DNA of 64,000 bases from the NCBI GenBank assembly GCA_000708835.1, contig DF237269.1:1-64000 (forward strand), written 5' to 3'. The position numbers were made by a program, and so were the translations under genes. The stretch is from Klebsormidium nitens (taxonomy: Eukaryota > Plantae > Klebsormidiophyceae). The notes below the pieces were generated by a model that saw only the letters and a list, made by a program, of their open reading frames with translations, did not search any database and was not told where the DNA came from. Position 1 is the stretch's first letter. The number at the start of each line of letters is the position of its first letter. Shown here piece by piece: positions 63,182 through 64,000 of this stretch.

Positions 63182-64000
63182 GGAATGGGTGCCGGCTTAA
63201 GGAGACCCTTGCAAGGAGTGAGATCTTATCTAGCGGCAAGTAGTAGGCCAAGTATTAGGCCCTATTAGGCACGTCGCTCCGGGCAGGGGATTTTTGGCCT
63301 GAGAAGCGTCTGTACAGGTATACATCGAGTCTCTGCAGCAGCGGGCGTTTCAAAAGCGTGCTACTTTGGATGGCTGTTGCTTTGGCGGGCTGCCAGCAGT
63401 TAGGTCAAGGCGTCTGGTTAAAAGACGTGATGGAAGGTACTCCAACCGGGCAGTGAAATGTGAGAATAATAGGGAACAAGGTGACGTGATGGCCATTTTT
63501 GTCGATGCTATGGGTAGGGTAGGTATTGAGCATGAATCAATTAGACTCTGCGTAAGCAGCAGTGTCGGGAGTGCTCTGATCGAGTTAGTGACTAGATCGT
63601 TTCTGTTTGAAGCAAGTCAAATCTTGACGCTGAGCTGCGGATGTCAGCTAAGGTGAGACAAAATTTGTACTTAAAGAAATGTATACATTCCTGGCTTGCA
63701 GTTCATGCTGACTTTCAGTCGACTAGCTCCGTTCAGAGGTTTTCAAGTCCTTATGCATGGCGTTTTGTGCATATGGTATCCAAGCAACTCTGCCCATGGT
63801 CGCCCCCATGTACGGCAAATGCTGTGGCACCTCGATTGATCTGAGCGCGGCACAACTCTTGGTCGGATTGCGTTTGCACATGCAGGCAATTATGGGCACG
63901 GCACTGAAAGATAGTTATTGGGCGCGGGGCCCATATGATGCATGTGAGCTGCCGCTGGCACCTCGTTCACGTGCGGCCTGCAAAACACCGCAATTCGTAG

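Overview
Eukaryotic, intron-rich nuclear DNA with GC-rich exons and mostly GT-AG introns. Gene content and style suggest a green-lineage organism, possibly a streptophyte alga such as Klebsormidium (inference, not verified). I assembled spliced gene models by hand, checking reading-frame phase at each junction: HISN2/hisIE (-), a VIT+vWA protein (+, bacterial-looking, one frameshift), an orphan ORF (-), an EVE/THYN1-like protein (+), THOC5 (-), an unknown type II membrane protein (+), a MYND zinc-finger protein (-), TBCD (+), a Ser/Arg-rich putative tail-anchored protein (+), EBP1/PA2G4 (-) and an MBD+C2H2 protein (+). I recognised no rRNA, tRNA, CRISPR array or intact transposon. The most striking unexplained pattern is that three unrelated genes each carry tandem copies (period about 130-190 bp) of one of their own exon-intron junctions. 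These form arrays of decoy splice acceptors (HISN2, membrane-protein gene) or donors (TBCD) next to the real site.
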